A stretch of 63,596 nt of DNA, filler included, from Octopus bimaculoides (GCF_001194135.2; 8 parts of 8 records of this genome joined end to end with filler, not necessarily neighbours in it), one strand, 5' to 3'. Numbered from the whole stretch's first letter, positions 23,996 to 38,171 are shown. Made by a program: numbers and translations. The notes: generated from the letters alone by a model not told the origin.

Positions 23996-25186
23996 GTTAA
24001 CTTGTAGCTGTGTCTCTGGCTGAGGCTACTACTCCAAGTCATAATAGACTTGGGAACAAGCCTATCACTCCGAGTCGTAGACATGGGAACGATAATGACT
24101 AAGAACATAGTTCGACACTCGTTAAATGTCTGGCACCAGATACCAGTACCAGATGTAGTTCAAAGACATACCCAGGACATATATAGATGCATACTTACAT
24201 ATGTATAAGAATATGAGTAGAAGGGTGAACGTTTCTTAGGAGATGGAAAATGCTGTACGTGTTCAATGCGTTGGATGCAACCCATGGCGTTTGTCTGAAA
24301 ATTGTATGTGAAGCGAAATAGTATTCTCACTATACGAATATCATATAGGAATTCTGATGAAAGTGCTAACACTCCTAAATTCAAATGAATATAGTATTAA
24401 CATTTATCTACAAAACTATCGTACAATTATTAATTATTTATAATTTTCACTGAAATCCAAACCAGTGACATAGACATTTGTCAACCATGGGTCGATGAAA
24501 CAAGCGTGGATCGAATGATAATGAAATTTTTATGTGGTTGTGTAATTATATCGACTATTCTGTGTCCAGCTCTTGGGTGTGTTTGACTGTTCGAATGTCA
24601 TAAATGTCACGGAAATTCAAGTATATTTCTCTATTGGTTTGCCTTGCGGGCTGGAATTTTCGTGAGATCGGAGATCCCTGGGAAAATATATATTAATATG
24701 GAATTTGTATCTTCCATTTATGCCGAAGTATGATGAACATTATTTGTAAAATTTAAACAAACTGTCTTTATATTGAAATAAAAAAATATTTGATTCTCTG
24801 TATATCTATATATTTAGCTATATGTATATGTAGCTATATTTAGCTATATGTATATGTATATATGCATGGAAGGGTTTGTATATCTACAGAGTTATGTAAG
24901 TGTATGTGCACACACACACTCGCACAAAGCAGACACACGGACCCATATATNNNNNNNNNNNNNNNNNNNNNNNNNNNNNNNNNNNNNNNNNNNNNNNNNN
25001 NNNNNNNNNNNNNNNNNNNNNNNNNNNNNNNNNNNNNNNNNNNNNNNNNNNNNNNNNNNNNNNNNNNNNNNNNNNNNNNNNNNNNNNNNNNNNNNNNNNN
25101 NNNNNNNNNNNNNNNNNNNNNNNNNNNNNNNNNNNNNNNNNNNNNNNNNNNNNNNNNNNNNNNNNNNNNNNNNNNNNNNNNNNNNN

Positions 25187-25219
<33 letters not shown>

Positions 25220-26089
25220 CTTCAATAGCTTCCGTATAGGATTTTGTTTCATAAAAACATTAGATATTAGAAAAAAATGGATTCACAAATAGTTCTGGTG
25301 AATCGGTTGTGTTGAAGAGTTTATTTTGAACAGAATGAAAACTACGTGATGTATAAAATCGTACAATGATGGCAAATTGGACACTGAAGTGAAAATTTAG
25401 TCACAGTTAGCTATAAATTTAGCCGAACCACGATAACCACAACAACGTTAAAAGCAATAAAAAATTCTGGCGATGTTCGTGAGTATATTTTTTTTATGTA
25501 GAAGAGAGAATGAGACAATGGCCAGAAATATCTTAATACTGGATGGCGATAGGGTGTATGTGCATAATAATTATAGTGACAATCAAAGTATTTTCTAATA
25601 TTCAAATGTTCTCAGTTCAAATTCCAGTGGTGTTAAGTGATAAAATAAATGCTAGCTATACACTGATCTATATTTTGTAAAAGAAACGTTCCTCTCTCAT
25701 AATTTCTGCGGATACCCAATGTGAAATATGAAATTGGAAAAAAAATATTGTATGTGGGTTAATAAAATTGTCATTGGCAGATAAATCTTCGTTTGAGAGA
25801 AAATTCACTGAAATAAAAGTCCTTTGTAGAGAAAAATCTGGAACAGTTTAGTTAGAAGAGGAAGGGCAATGGGCTCCGAATTATATTTATCACTGAATTT
25901 ATGTCCACTTCACAACGAGACAGAACACAGGCTTCCAAAGGCAAAATGTTGCTGGAATCCCTTTGTGTTTCCTACTTCTGAGGTATGTTTTATAAACTAC
26001 TTGTACACTACTCATAATTTCCCCTTACATATACTCCATGCTTCAAATATATTTGGTGTGATTCCTATGTAATCAGTATTAGAAATATT

Positions 26090-26285
26090 CGTTTCTACTC
26101 TAAGCACAAGGCCCGAAATTTTCGGGGAGGGAGCCAGCCAATTAGATCGATTCCAATACGCAGCTGGTACTTAATTTATCGACCTCGAAAGGTTGAAAGG
26201 CGAAATCGACCTCAGTGTATTTTGAACTCAGAACGTAAAGACAGCCAAAATACCGCTAAGCATTTCACACGCCGTGCTATCGTTT
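26090..26285 (-). mobile_element. SINE family B, tail B2
   Basis: tttctactctaagcacaaggcccgaaattttcggggaggg...tttgaactcagaacgt. Confidence 0.85.
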
Positions 26286-26520
26286 CTTATTTCTTTATTG
26301 CCCACAAGGGGCTAAACATAGAGGGGACAAATAAGGACAGACAATGGGATTAAGTCGATTACATCTACCCCAGTGCGTAACTGGTACTTAATTTATCGAC
26401 CCCCGAGAGGATGAAAAGCGAAGTCGACCTCGGCGAAATTTGAACTTAGAACGTAACGGTAGACGAAATGCTGCTAAGCATTTCGTCCGGCGTGCTATCG
26501 TTTCTACCAGCTCACCGCCT
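26286..26520 (-). mobile_element. SINE family B, tail B1
   Basis: tttattgcccacaaggggctaaacatagaggggacaa...ccagctcaccgcc; directly in tandem with the B2 copy. Confidence 0.88.
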
Positions 26521-28092
26521 TTACTATTAGAAATACTGAAATAGCATTCAGTATTTAAGCATAAATCACTTTATTGGCTAACACAAAATAAACACCAAGA
26601 CATCTCGAAGACAGTACAAATCAAAAAAATGATAATCCAGCTTTATATTCTCTCAAAATATCTAATGACCTACAGGAAGCACTTATTACTGAAAACAAGA
26701 CGCCATGATAATAACACGACTGACTTTAAACAGAAGTCTACTCGCTCGGAGCTGATCTGCAACTAAGCATCTATTGTGGAGAGGGTTGAATAAACAGCTG
26801 TAAGAAAGCAAATTTAGTTGTAAGTCTTTACGCGTATCTTTTCATGAGGATAGGTTTACTAGGCGAATACACATTTAGAAGACTAACCAATTAGTTCGCA
26901 GTGTTAATGTGTCTTTCACCAAGACTTGACTATCGTCGGGCGCGTGAATTTATCTCACAATACAATGCAAGCAGTCTCCCATATGAAGCTCATATTTAGA
27001 AACTGTTTATTTTCTTTAGCAAGTACGCAGATTTATTGCCTCGAAAAGAAGTTTAATAAAGAGATTCCTATTTTCAAATATATCTCTTTTTATACATATA
27101 TTAAAAGACTGAATTATATTTAAAGCTACTTAATAATTTTCGTCATACATTTCCATAAGTATAAATCCAGTTGGGATTTTGCGTGTGATTAATCACCAAA
27201 GGTCACGTGTTGCCTATCCTCTTTCGGACGTTTTGATCAAAAGTTTTGATCAAGTCTGAATTCGAAAGATAGCGTAACTGGTTTGTAAATGTCATTGTTT
27301 TTTTCCATGTTCTTCAAATGTCAGTAAAAATATGTTTTCTTTTAAATATTTCTCCTGAATTTTCAGTGCATCTCTTCATTTCTTAGTTCAGAATTCTTCG
27401 CACTCATTTCAGTGATAGATACGAGGGACATTAATCGATGTGCTGATACGGGGACAAGTATACTAATAGAAATTTAGTGATCATGCGACACAGAAAACAG
27501 ATACTTCAGTGAAAACTTGGGGTGATTAAGTGATATAAAAGCTTAAAGCAAACATTAAAATGAAATGCATTAGAAAATTAAGAATGAAAATAATATGAAC
27601 GGCTAGAATGAGTAACATAGCACAGTTATGCATTCGGAATTATGTTATTTTCATGTACTGTGCATTTTGTTAGCACAAATTCCTGCTAGAAGAGGAGAAT
27701 ATCTGTGTAACTGAAGATTTCAGTGAAAATCAAATGGCGCACACTAACAGAGATGATTGTAACGATTAGCAAAACAGATTCAGGACATTTGATAATTGGA
27801 CACATAAAAGATAGTAATTAAATCGACCCAGCTTATTTTGAAAGAAAGTAATTTGGACATGACTACACTGCATCTTATAACCGAAACCGCTGTCAGCTAA
27901 GGAAATTCATTGCATTCTTTGTCTTATTTACTTTCAGATTTCGCCCTGGACTTGACTAACGCTTTATACTCAAGCGTACCGATACTCGGTTCTACAACCA
28001 GGCTATTAATTTTAAAACAATTTACACACACACACACACACACGCACACACACACATACACACACACACACACACACAAACANNNNNNNNNN

Positions 28093-28157
<65 letters not shown>

Positions 28158-28587
28158 TAAAATCTATGTCGATGTTGAGACGTCAAAAAAAATTACACAA
28201 CAAACATCACTAGAAAGAGTAAATTCTAAGCTGATAATCATCTCGGGTAGTTTCCAGAATTAACTACACATATTAATGACGATTATTCTCGTTACGCGCT
28301 CTCTGTGGGATTTTAATTTACTAGTTTGTACAAAATGGTAACGCCCTGCTTTGAAGATTTTGGAAAGTACCAATGTTTACTCGATTTGGGATTTAGAAAT
28401 ATACGGTTTGCTATCAACGTCTTTACAGTTTCTTTTTAAGTATAGTTTCGTAGATAGATCTGAGGGCAACGTCCTACGGAGGAAATGAAAGACGCCCGGC
28501 TATAATTCTAAATAAGGTTTGCTATCAAGAAAATACATAACAAACATCACTGGGAAGAGTTAATTCTAAGCTGATAATAATATATGT

Positions 28588-28659
<72 letters not shown>

Positions 28660-28682
28660 TAAACCTTCAAAATTATTACAAA

Positions 28683-28724
28683 AACTGTTACGCAGAGTTT
28701 CACGTTCCCGTTCATCGGACAGTT
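28683..28724 (-). ncRNA. minimal type-I hammerhead ribozyme motif
   Basis: Minus strand: AACTGT (stem I) CCGATGA (core, U4C) ACG-GGAA-CGT (stem II) GAAA CTC-T-GCG-T (stem III, one mismatch) A (cleavage site, GUA) ACAGTT (stem I', perfect 6 bp). Confidence 0.7.
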
Positions 28725-28878
28725 GTGATCAAGTTTTGTTAATTTTTAACGATTTTATTCCGGTATTGGTCAAAGAAAAAACATATTACTCTACCTTTGG
28801 TATTTGAGGACTATTTTTACCACCTTCTATTACATTTTGCCACCTTCTTTTGCATAATTGTATAAGTATAAATATATC

Positions 28879-28907
28879 CTAGCAGAGAGACCCGGCATTG
28901 CTCGGGA
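28879..28907 (+). mobile_element. possible Helentron/HINE-type 5' terminus fragment
   Basis: ctagcagagagacccggcattgctcggg resembles the ACTAG...CCCGGCGTTGCCCGGG start of DINE-1/HINE-like elements (from memory); the fragment is very short. Confidence 0.3.
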
Positions 28908-29100
28908 TTAAAAAGGGCACAGTCTTCTATTTGTTTTACTGGTTTCAATCATGTGACTGCGGCTATGCTTGAGCACCGCCATTAGTCGAACAAATCGATA
29001 CTAGGATTTGGTCTGTGTATGCCTAGTACTTATTCTCACAATTTCTCTTCAGAAGAAAGAGATTTTCCTGCATGTTTCTTTACTTTCACAGTATACACGC

Positions 29101-29146
<46 letters not shown>

Positions 29147-29418
29147 TATTTACATATATAAGTGTATGCAAATGTATTTTGTGTGCGAGTAGGAATATGT
29201 ATGACGGTCTATGCACAAGAATGTACGTCCGCTATTGAGTGCTGTGTGGTATTGACACCCAAGTTGAATCCCATCGGAAGCACTCACACCTACACACACA
29301 CACTCACACACACATGCACACATGTGAGTGTGCGCGAATATGTATATGTAAGAATATATATATATAAATATATACGCATACATATATATATATACATATG
29401 TAGCATATGTCTACGCGA

Positions 29419-29453
<35 letters not shown>

Positions 29454-29831
29454 AGTAAAAATAAATACAAAAAAAGGTGGATTTTTTTGTATGATTGTGT
29501 ATAGAGGAATATATTATTTTGCTTAAAAGAGTTCCAACACTGTCTGTTTTTTATGTTTTATTTATATTCCTGCAGAACTAATGTGGGGTATAGAATATGG
29601 AATATACAATATATAATATAATATACAATATATAATATAAAATAAAATAAAAATGGATGGCACCATGAAATAAAGTATTGAATGTAGATGAAATATTGAG
29701 TGTTCAATATAAAGGATCAAATATATAAATANNNNNNNNNNNNNNNNNNNNNNNNNNNNNNNNNNNNNNNNNNNNTTAATTAATTAANNNNNNNNNNNNN
29801 NNNNNNNNNNNNNNNNNNNNNNNNNNNNNNN

Positions 29832-29864
<33 letters not shown>

Positions 29865-29865
29865 T

Positions 29866-30190
29866 TGTTTGTCAGTTGCTTGACTTTAACCAGTTGAGCA
29901 TGTCCCATAGTGGCTGACGATATGTGTATCTCTGATTACGAGCAGGAGTAGTGAGGGAGCATTATAGCCATGTGTTGAGATGGATTCTTTGGGGTTTGAA
30001 TAATTCACCCCTGAAAACATGAATGTTTCGTTCAACATCCTTAAACAACCCTTATTCAGAGACCTTTTGAGCGAAAGGGACTACTCGAAAAAAATACTAA
30101 CTGGGACTACCTGCAACGTCATGTGTTGTTTATCTTGATATGAGGTCACCATGTTGCGCACATAGTGTTGTGATGCATGTGTCTGGAATA
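29866..30190 (-). mobile_element. interspersed repeat, family D (inverted relative to 16900)
   Basis: Reverse-complement similarity to 16900-17120. Confidence 0.75.
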
Positions 30191-30272
30191 CTTTTATCAG
30201 ACGGGTAGTCATGATTGGTATATTGAGCTTCGTATATTTGTACCTTTGATGGAGTGTTCTGCCCTCTCACTC

Positions 30273-30310
<38 letters not shown>

Positions 30311-32259
30311 AATTATAATATGCTTCATGATACAACTGAGGACCATTTTGCAGAGCAGATTACTGGATTAGATTACTGTTGCATTTTGCAAGCCTGTAAG
30401 AGCAACGATTTTATTTAGCACCGCTAGGTAATGAAACATCTGCAAGCGCTAATTCTTTCATTGGTCAATACACTTTTCGAGGTCTTAGTATTAAAACCTA
30501 TCCTTGGGCATTTGGTGCACTGGTTTCAAACAATAGAATCAGGATTGCCGTATCAGCTCTTTAAATATTATATTAATGAATTAATTGTGTGGTATTTGAC
30601 AATTATTTGAAAATAAGAAGTAGTACTAGTGCTGCTAATATATTAAAAATATTAATTCACTTAATACTAATAAAGCCAACACGTATTATTAAATCAGTGT
30701 GTAGCACAAAAGCTTATAGTGCACTGTAACAGTGTTTTATAATAAATGTATCTCTGAAGTAAACTGATCGGCCATTCAGCACACAAGAAATTACATCTAT
30801 CGATCTTTCTAGAGCAGAATTTATCAGGACAACACAGCTGTAGTCTGCTGTCTTGTGTGCATCCCAGCTTCACTGTTATCTATCCCACTTCCATTGTTTT
30901 GTATCCCGACGAAGCCTTTGTATTTGCTAATCGCTATAATCACCAAGCTTTTCCTGAAAAACAATCAACGTAATTGTGGAGACCATGGACTTTTGATGTT
31001 CATACTGCAGCCAAGTATGAAGAACATTCCTCTTACTAATTCAGAGAAGTTATCTGTCTTACCATTCCCAAGAAATTTTGTAATGACTCGAACAAGTAAA
31101 TATCAAGTGCAAGACTCAGTGTTGACCATTGAGTCTAAGAAATATGAACCTTTTCTTATCTTAGCGGGCAACCATACGAAGAAGATGCATAGAAGATGTA
31201 TAGAGTTAGCAAGATGTTTTATTCTCTGTCAGCTAAAGGTTTATTGATAACATCTTTGTTTGCGTCTACCACATCTTCACGCAGAGTCCTGTCATTTTAT
31301 ATCTGGTCATCTTCGGCTCAAAATACCCATAGAAATAAGAAACACGTATACTCTATGCAGTCACTTTGCTGAGCAAGGACAAACTCCACCATGTTTACAT
31401 TAAACTATCTCTTGATGATCTTAAGATGTCATTTTCTACAATGCTAGACTGATTGCCTCGTAATCCCAATTGAAAGTGGTAGAGTGGCTAATTGTAACTG
31501 AGTTACACTTGTTGCTTTTGTATCAAAGGAAACATTTTAACTCCTCGTAGAACAATCAATAAAACGTTGCCGTTTACTTAAAATGTATTCTGATACACCT
31601 ATTTTCGTAACAATGTCTTAGGTAATATTGCAGAACACCAAGTTCTTCTCCTTAGAGAATGACAGGGAATGCTTTATTAGTTTCCAGATGAAGTTAACTG
31701 CTTTCCTTCATCGGGGTGGCTAGTAATGTGAAGATTCTTTTAAAAAGATTAGATCCTTGATGAAGTCACTCAGTTCAAACTGGTTAAAACATTGTGCAAT
31801 TGATGAAGATCCCTGAAATTCTCTGTCATTTTCCACATTTTCGTTATGTTTAATGACATCATATGTAACTGATTCTTCGTCATCATCTATGAGTTATAGA
31901 AGATGGTTGAAAGATGGAACAAGTTCCTCATTTGAATGTGGAACATGTCTTCTTGTTGATTCTAGGTTCGGATATAACCACTTAAACTGTTTCAACTAAT
32001 ATCTTTCATATTAGCAAGACTTCATCAGCTAAGTATCTGATTTCAGCTCACGATAGAATATATGAAAATATTAAAGGAATAGCTGTATGTCCAAAATTAT
32101 AGGTGATATGGCAAACATTTATATATTTGCAATTACTGATTCAAATTTACCCAAGAATAGCTCTGGGAATAATAAATTGGAAAACATATCTATTGTTATT
32201 TAACTTCTCTTGGCTTTGGATCTTTTTTTTATTTTTGCTCATTGTTCATATGGTCTCCG

Positions 32260-33080
32260 TGCGTGGTCTATGCGTACCTTGTGAGGATGTTCAATATGCT
32301 GTTCTGTATTATTTTTAGTTTATCATTTGTTGCGAAGATATTGTAGGCTCAGGTAGAACAGGAATAAACTATGATGGATCAAATGTATTGTTTGTACAAT
32401 AATGTTGATTATTCTGACAAATGTACATGTGATAGTTTTAAGCATGTTTATATGTCATTTTGCTTCTTTGCTATATTCATCTAATGATATGAATATTGTA
32501 GAGATGTAGTATGTAATGCAAAGTGGTTTCGTGCATGCAGTGGGTTATTTCGTGTAACTCGATAGCCTGTTGTACTTTAAGTTCTGAAGTAATGCTGATA
32601 AAAAGTAGATGCAGCATTGGACAACTGCTATTGTGAATCTACTGTTGGAGTAGATTTTCTAAGCGGTTGATATGGAACTGGAGAAGCTGTGCATCTTTTT
32701 TATAAAGTTTGAATTGAAGATGTGACACTGATGTCATTTGTATATGAGATTGCGTGTGTCTTGAGATGTTCTAGTGTAGTAAGGTTGTGCAGATACAATC
32801 TAAAAGGAAAGTATGGAAAATTAGTGATTTTATATTTATTCAGTGGCATTCTGGATATATATTTGATAGTTTCCTTCCAGTAATTTGTGTTGTTTCTAGT
32901 ATAGTTGCTACGTATAAAGTGAAGTTGAAAGGCTTTGCATGTGAGTCTGTAGTGGTGTCTTTGAAGTAGTTATATGTATTTTTTCTAAGTCTGTGAGTAG
33001 CATATAGAGCTTTGGAAAGGAGAGAGTATGGATTAGTACAAAGAGAGTTGAAGATTTCTGAACCGCTTGTCGGCATGCAC
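32260..33080 (-). pseudogene. decayed LINE RT relic (I/Jockey-group-like)
   Basis: Minus translation includes SYTNDISVTSS (YADD-like) and LLYKQYI*SIIVYSCST*AYNIFATNDKLKIIQNSILNILT, matching the YK..IRS...Y.S..W......KLQ.IQN.ALR thumb motif. The relic probably extends further on both sides. Confidence 0.55.
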
Positions 33081-34181
33081 AAAGGAGAGATGCTACTTCA
33101 CTTGGGTTCCTCTGCGTCATCAAGGTGACTCTTGAAAAACAAATCACAAATAGAAATGAAATACCAAATAATTCTACATCAAGGAGGGTGTGTCGTGGTA
33201 TTTAGATACAAAGATTGTCTTTATGAAGATTTGTATTGGCGTATTTTGATAAGACAAATTGTTGTTGTTCATCCTCATATGAGCACGATTTCGACAGACT
33301 AACTAATTCCAGTTTGAATTTTTATATTTCTAAGACTGCATTGTCTAATGTGTCCCTCCTTTTCTAAGATGGTACGGTATAATTTAAGTTAATTTGACTG
33401 TTTTGAGTAAGTCGAGTGGCCTCATATATACTTTCTCGTTAGCTCGAGATAAATTGTTATTACAAAGGTTATATAATTAATATATCCAGCTTCGTTGAAC
33501 TGAGTTAGAATGAAACATAATATTAATATGGAAATTCATAAACGCCGACCCAATAAAGTATTAATTCAGTGCTCAAAACATTTTTCGGTAAGTTTAATTC
33601 AATGAAGTTAATCATTCTACGTACCTCTTGAGTCCATGATACCAGCAGTTAATTATGACTCTAGATCGGAATCAAATCTTCACTCTGAGTAAATGCCGGT
33701 CTCTCACCGGCATATTTCTCTTGAAGTTCCAATGTCTATTTAAGTCGCTTTGGGTTTGTAGGATAAAGGGGTCTGGTCAGAAATATAACCAAATCTCTAT
33801 AGATGTCTTGAACTTAAAAGTTATGTTCTGACAGTCGGTATAGTCGACTTGGGTTTGTCCCTTATAAAGGCGAATTACATATATTAAAGGATGGAAATAA
33901 TCTATGGCACGTAATTGTGTTGTGTTTAGAATTCATGATTTATTATTTTTCTTTTTTCATCACATTTTCCCTTTCCTCTTTCAAACATCATTATCACTAC
34001 ACGATTATGTTGAAAATAATGATGATTTAGTTACATTTAGTCGCCTTCATCGTGAAGATTATCATGGTCATTGTCATCATTATCACCCATTATCATCCTC
34101 TCATTATCAACACTACCATAGACCTTATCATCTACCATTTTAAATGTAGATGGCTCTCAGCATTGTCTTTCATTTATACAG

Positions 34182-34341
34182 AACGTCGACACCTTAAAGA
34201 ATTTGATGCTGAGAGTGATACAACAGAATGTGAGATGGCGCACACAAGGGAACGCAGTCCACCGCGTCGTATCAGGGGACGGCACAAGGGGAAACAGAAG
34301 GGTCAGGTTGTGAGTAAACGAAATCTAGGAATAATTCCTAG
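34182..34341 (+). CDS. internal exon of unidentified host gene (ERRHLKEFDAESDTTECEMAHTRERSPPRRIRGRHKGKQKGQVVSKRNLGIIPR)
   Basis: Acceptor cattgtctttcatttatacag; donor TAG|GTAAGA; 160 nt, phase 1 to 2, compatible with the next exon. Confidence 0.8.
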
Positions 34342-34755
34342 GTAAGATGGCCATGGTTTTCAATGCATTTCTCTGTAGACGAATGTAAACATTACACCTT
34401 ATGCTAGATATTCACAAAGTACAATTCACAAAAATCGTCAGTCATTATATGTATTCACAAAAACGCGCCCAAACACAGACATAAACACATACAGATATAA
34501 TAAGATAACCGCATAAATAAGCTAAGAAATTATACTAATGCGTTTGTGACATATATTAACTGTCACATCCTATCTCAGCTCAATCAAAATAGACATCATT
34601 AAATACAAGTAATGGCCACTTCACCTCTCCCCATAACAAGAATTCAAAGCTCCATCCATATACAGATGGTAACACTGTAAGATGTCCATTGTCATTGAAT
34701 CTTGTAAATTCACCATTCACTACCAGAGGAACATATTGGAGAGGATACGGCCAAA

Positions 34756-35079
<324 letters not shown>

Positions 35080-35612
35080 TTCACTACAATGCTTTTGAGG
35101 AATATTGATTAAATTACACAGTAATCCTTATTTTGCTTTCGATTTGATTCAGTTCTGTAATAAGAAATTCCAAAAGAAATATTTCTCGTTGTATTTACGT
35201 TTACCTCAGTTCCATGAGATGTGAAGTCTGATTTGAGAAATAGCGAAACAAGAATGTTTAATATATTCATCATGTGTACACTTATTAAAATGGCATACGA
35301 GAAGGAGATGTTATTTCTGATTTCAAGAACAAGTTTTAAATTGTCTATAAAGTATTTTGAATCAAATTTGTACGAAAAACCTGCCAATATTTAAATGAAA
35401 TGCTATTTAACGATAACCTTCTTACTAAAGATCATATATGTGACAACTGTGAAACGAAACAATATCGTATTGGGTTTAAAGTATAGCATTAATGTTTATA
35501 ATAAATCCATTATTATAAAATGTAGGCTTCTGCTTCTGCTATTATTGCTTCTTCTGTATTTTCTCTACTAATTCTTCTGTACAAACTGCTTGCACTCTTT
35601 CTAACCCTTCAG

Positions 35613-35827
35613 GACACACAGCCGCACAAGTACAACCAGTACTAACAGCGAGGAGGTGACATATGCTTTCTGTGAGAGAGATTATCCTAAACCTGGAAGT
35701 CCAGTAGAGAGTTATAATCCTTATACTTGTGACACACATCCTTGTTCCGATGTAGAATTAGATGCAGATAACCTTCTGAATAAATCCAGATCCAGTATAC
35801 GAAGTCCTATATTTTTTAGAAACAATG
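35613..35827 (+). CDS. internal exon of host gene (THSRTSTTSTNSEEVTYAFCERDYPKPGSPVESYNPYTC...SPIFFRNN)
   Basis: Acceptor cttgcactctttctaacccttcag; donor ATG|GTAAGA; 215 nt, phase 2 to 1. Confidence 0.82.
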
Positions 35828-36073
35828 GTAAGACAAGTCAAGAAAAAGAAAAAGGAAAGAAAGGAAAACTCTGCAAGAATTTACAAACAGTTTTCGGATA
35901 ACTCAGTAAACCATGGTGTTGCAACAGAATAAAATAAATTTGGAATTCTGTATTCTCCTATACTGAGTGTGGGGTGGGGTCGTACATTTAAGTTTCTAAG
36001 GAGAACACTTCAGTTTTTATTTTGTTTAGAACGGAGAATAAAGCTACAGACTAACCTAGGCATTTGCGTTCAG

Positions 36074-36104
<31 letters not shown>

Positions 36105-37919
36105 AGTAATCTCAAACTGCGAATGTTTTATAGAATGCTTTATAGATCTTCACCGTAACTCAGACAAATTCAAAATGTACATAATGACTAGATATCCAAC
36201 AAAATGTGTCTTTCTTTGAAATTAGTTCCCCCTAAAAATAATCTTTCATTTCACTAACTAATAATAAAATATTCGTAGATTTAGTGCATGACTTCATAAA
36301 GTGTTTCAGATTATTAATAAGAGTTCTTATAGATGGATAGTTTGGCATGATAGTTTGTTACTATAAAATTTATTCAGCGATATTTTTCTTACACCGGATA
36401 CTTTGTTTGAACGCTTGCAGAGAAGACTTGGCTAAAGTTACCCAAAGGTGCTCAAAAGAGCGATTGATTTAGTCTAATAACAGAACTACTTTCACGAATT
36501 AGTTTGTACTATTTTCAACAGCTAAATTTCAATAGCAAGGTTGTGGGCGATAGGATGTTCAGTGGTATATTTGCAAGTATGACGCACAATTAATTCAGAA
36601 GTAGACATAACTGCACAGTTAAGTCTACATTAATTTCATTAATGACAGCTGCCGCACTATTAATGACAACAGAATGATATTGGAGCAGAAGTTTCATACA
36701 GATCCATCGGATTCTAACTTGTTCGTATCTTTTCAAATTAATACTATCTTTTTTAGAGACTTGATATCCATATTTCCAATGTATTTGAAGTTTAGGATAC
36801 ACTTTATCATAGTAACGTGTTTAATTTAACTGGGTATCTTTTTGTGGGTCTCGAAATTTTGTCACTCTCTTTAACATTTCTACATTAGATGAATCCCTTT
36901 AAAACTGTTTCGATCGAATTCTTTCCTCGAGTAATTTTCTCTAGCACTCTCTTGATTGTGCTTTTCCACAATTGCCCATCAAATGTAATTTTTTTTTCCT
37001 TTCTAAACGCTAGTTTGATTTGTTTTTTCTTACTTATATTCACTATACAGATATCTGACGCCACATTTTAAACTAACATCTGTACATCATTTTCTATACA
37101 TACGCCAATTTTTATCCTTATCTATTATGGCATGAATCAACATTATGGAGGAATATGTCATTAACAAAAATGAAATGTGTTTCTAATTGAGATATTATCA
37201 AAGTGTTATTGAACAGATGTCTCAATTTTGATACAGTCTGTCACAATATTTAGAATTATCCTCTCTGATATAACTATATCCATCGTATTTGAAGCATTCA
37301 ACAAATGCAAATTATAAGCAGGATAAAGATGCAATAATTTCGCATGGAAATCATATATTTTAGGTAATCTCAAAACGTTGATCAAAGTATATAACATACA
37401 TGCAATAATTTACAAAATAAATCACTACGGTTATATACTCAAGTACGCCACCCATATAAAATATAAAAATGAAGCTAGTGTTAGCATAACCAATATAATG
37501 GACAAATACTTTCATTAGAAATACTAATGCGATGAGGAAATGATAACATTATAGCTATCGCTAAGCTGCTAATTCTATATTATTTCAACAAGTATGGGAG
37601 ACTACTCCGAAGGTGTTTCTACGCTATAAAAACTCCTTAATAAAAACTGAACTTCACGTTAGTTGCCCAAGAAGTAGTGAAAGAATTGTTTAGGTTACTC
37701 ACTAACAAACGATATTCATATAAACAAAATTGAACTTATTAATAGGGTGAATGTCAAACAATTTGAACTAATAAGCTTATTTAGTAGAAAATTGCATGCA
37801 TTATTTTAATAATTTCCACATGTAGTAGTCTAGCAATGCGTAATAATCATTTTAATATTCTGCAAGTTATCTTAAAACAATTATTTACAAATTATTTTTG
37901 TTTGAATTTTATTTTCTAG

Positions 37920-38076
37920 CCCAGAATGGTCGCAATACACCCCACTCAAGGATACGATATGATGTCAACCTTGATATTCCGGGGACTGAGGAATGTAAAC
38001 CTCTAGTTATGACACTAAACCAAGCACAAACGACAAGTCCGACAATTGAACAGGATAACATCAGTATACTCGACAG
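37920..38076 (+). CDS. internal exon of host gene (AQNGRNTPHSRIRYDVNLDIPGTEECKPLVMTLNQAQTTSPTIEQDNISILDR)
   Basis: Acceptor ttgaattttattttctag; donor CAG|GTATAT; 157 nt, phase 1 to 2. Confidence 0.8.
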
Positions 38077-38171
38077 GTATATTAATTAAATGCTTAAAGA
38101 TATTCATGTTTCTAGTTACATTTATGTATTTGTTTTTCAAAATTCCTGACGGGAAATCGCATATTGAAACA

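Noticed and set aside
30855-32318. Hydrophobic plus ORFs (30855-31247, 32103-32318) as the missing transmembrane exon
   Set aside because: They lie antisense to or beside a decayed LINE, lack good splice sites and are AT-biased artefacts.
34052-34181. Ile/Val-rich in-frame extension upstream of exon 34182 as a TM helix
   Set aside because: It derives from a decayed (CAT)n tract; the stronger acceptor is at 34181.
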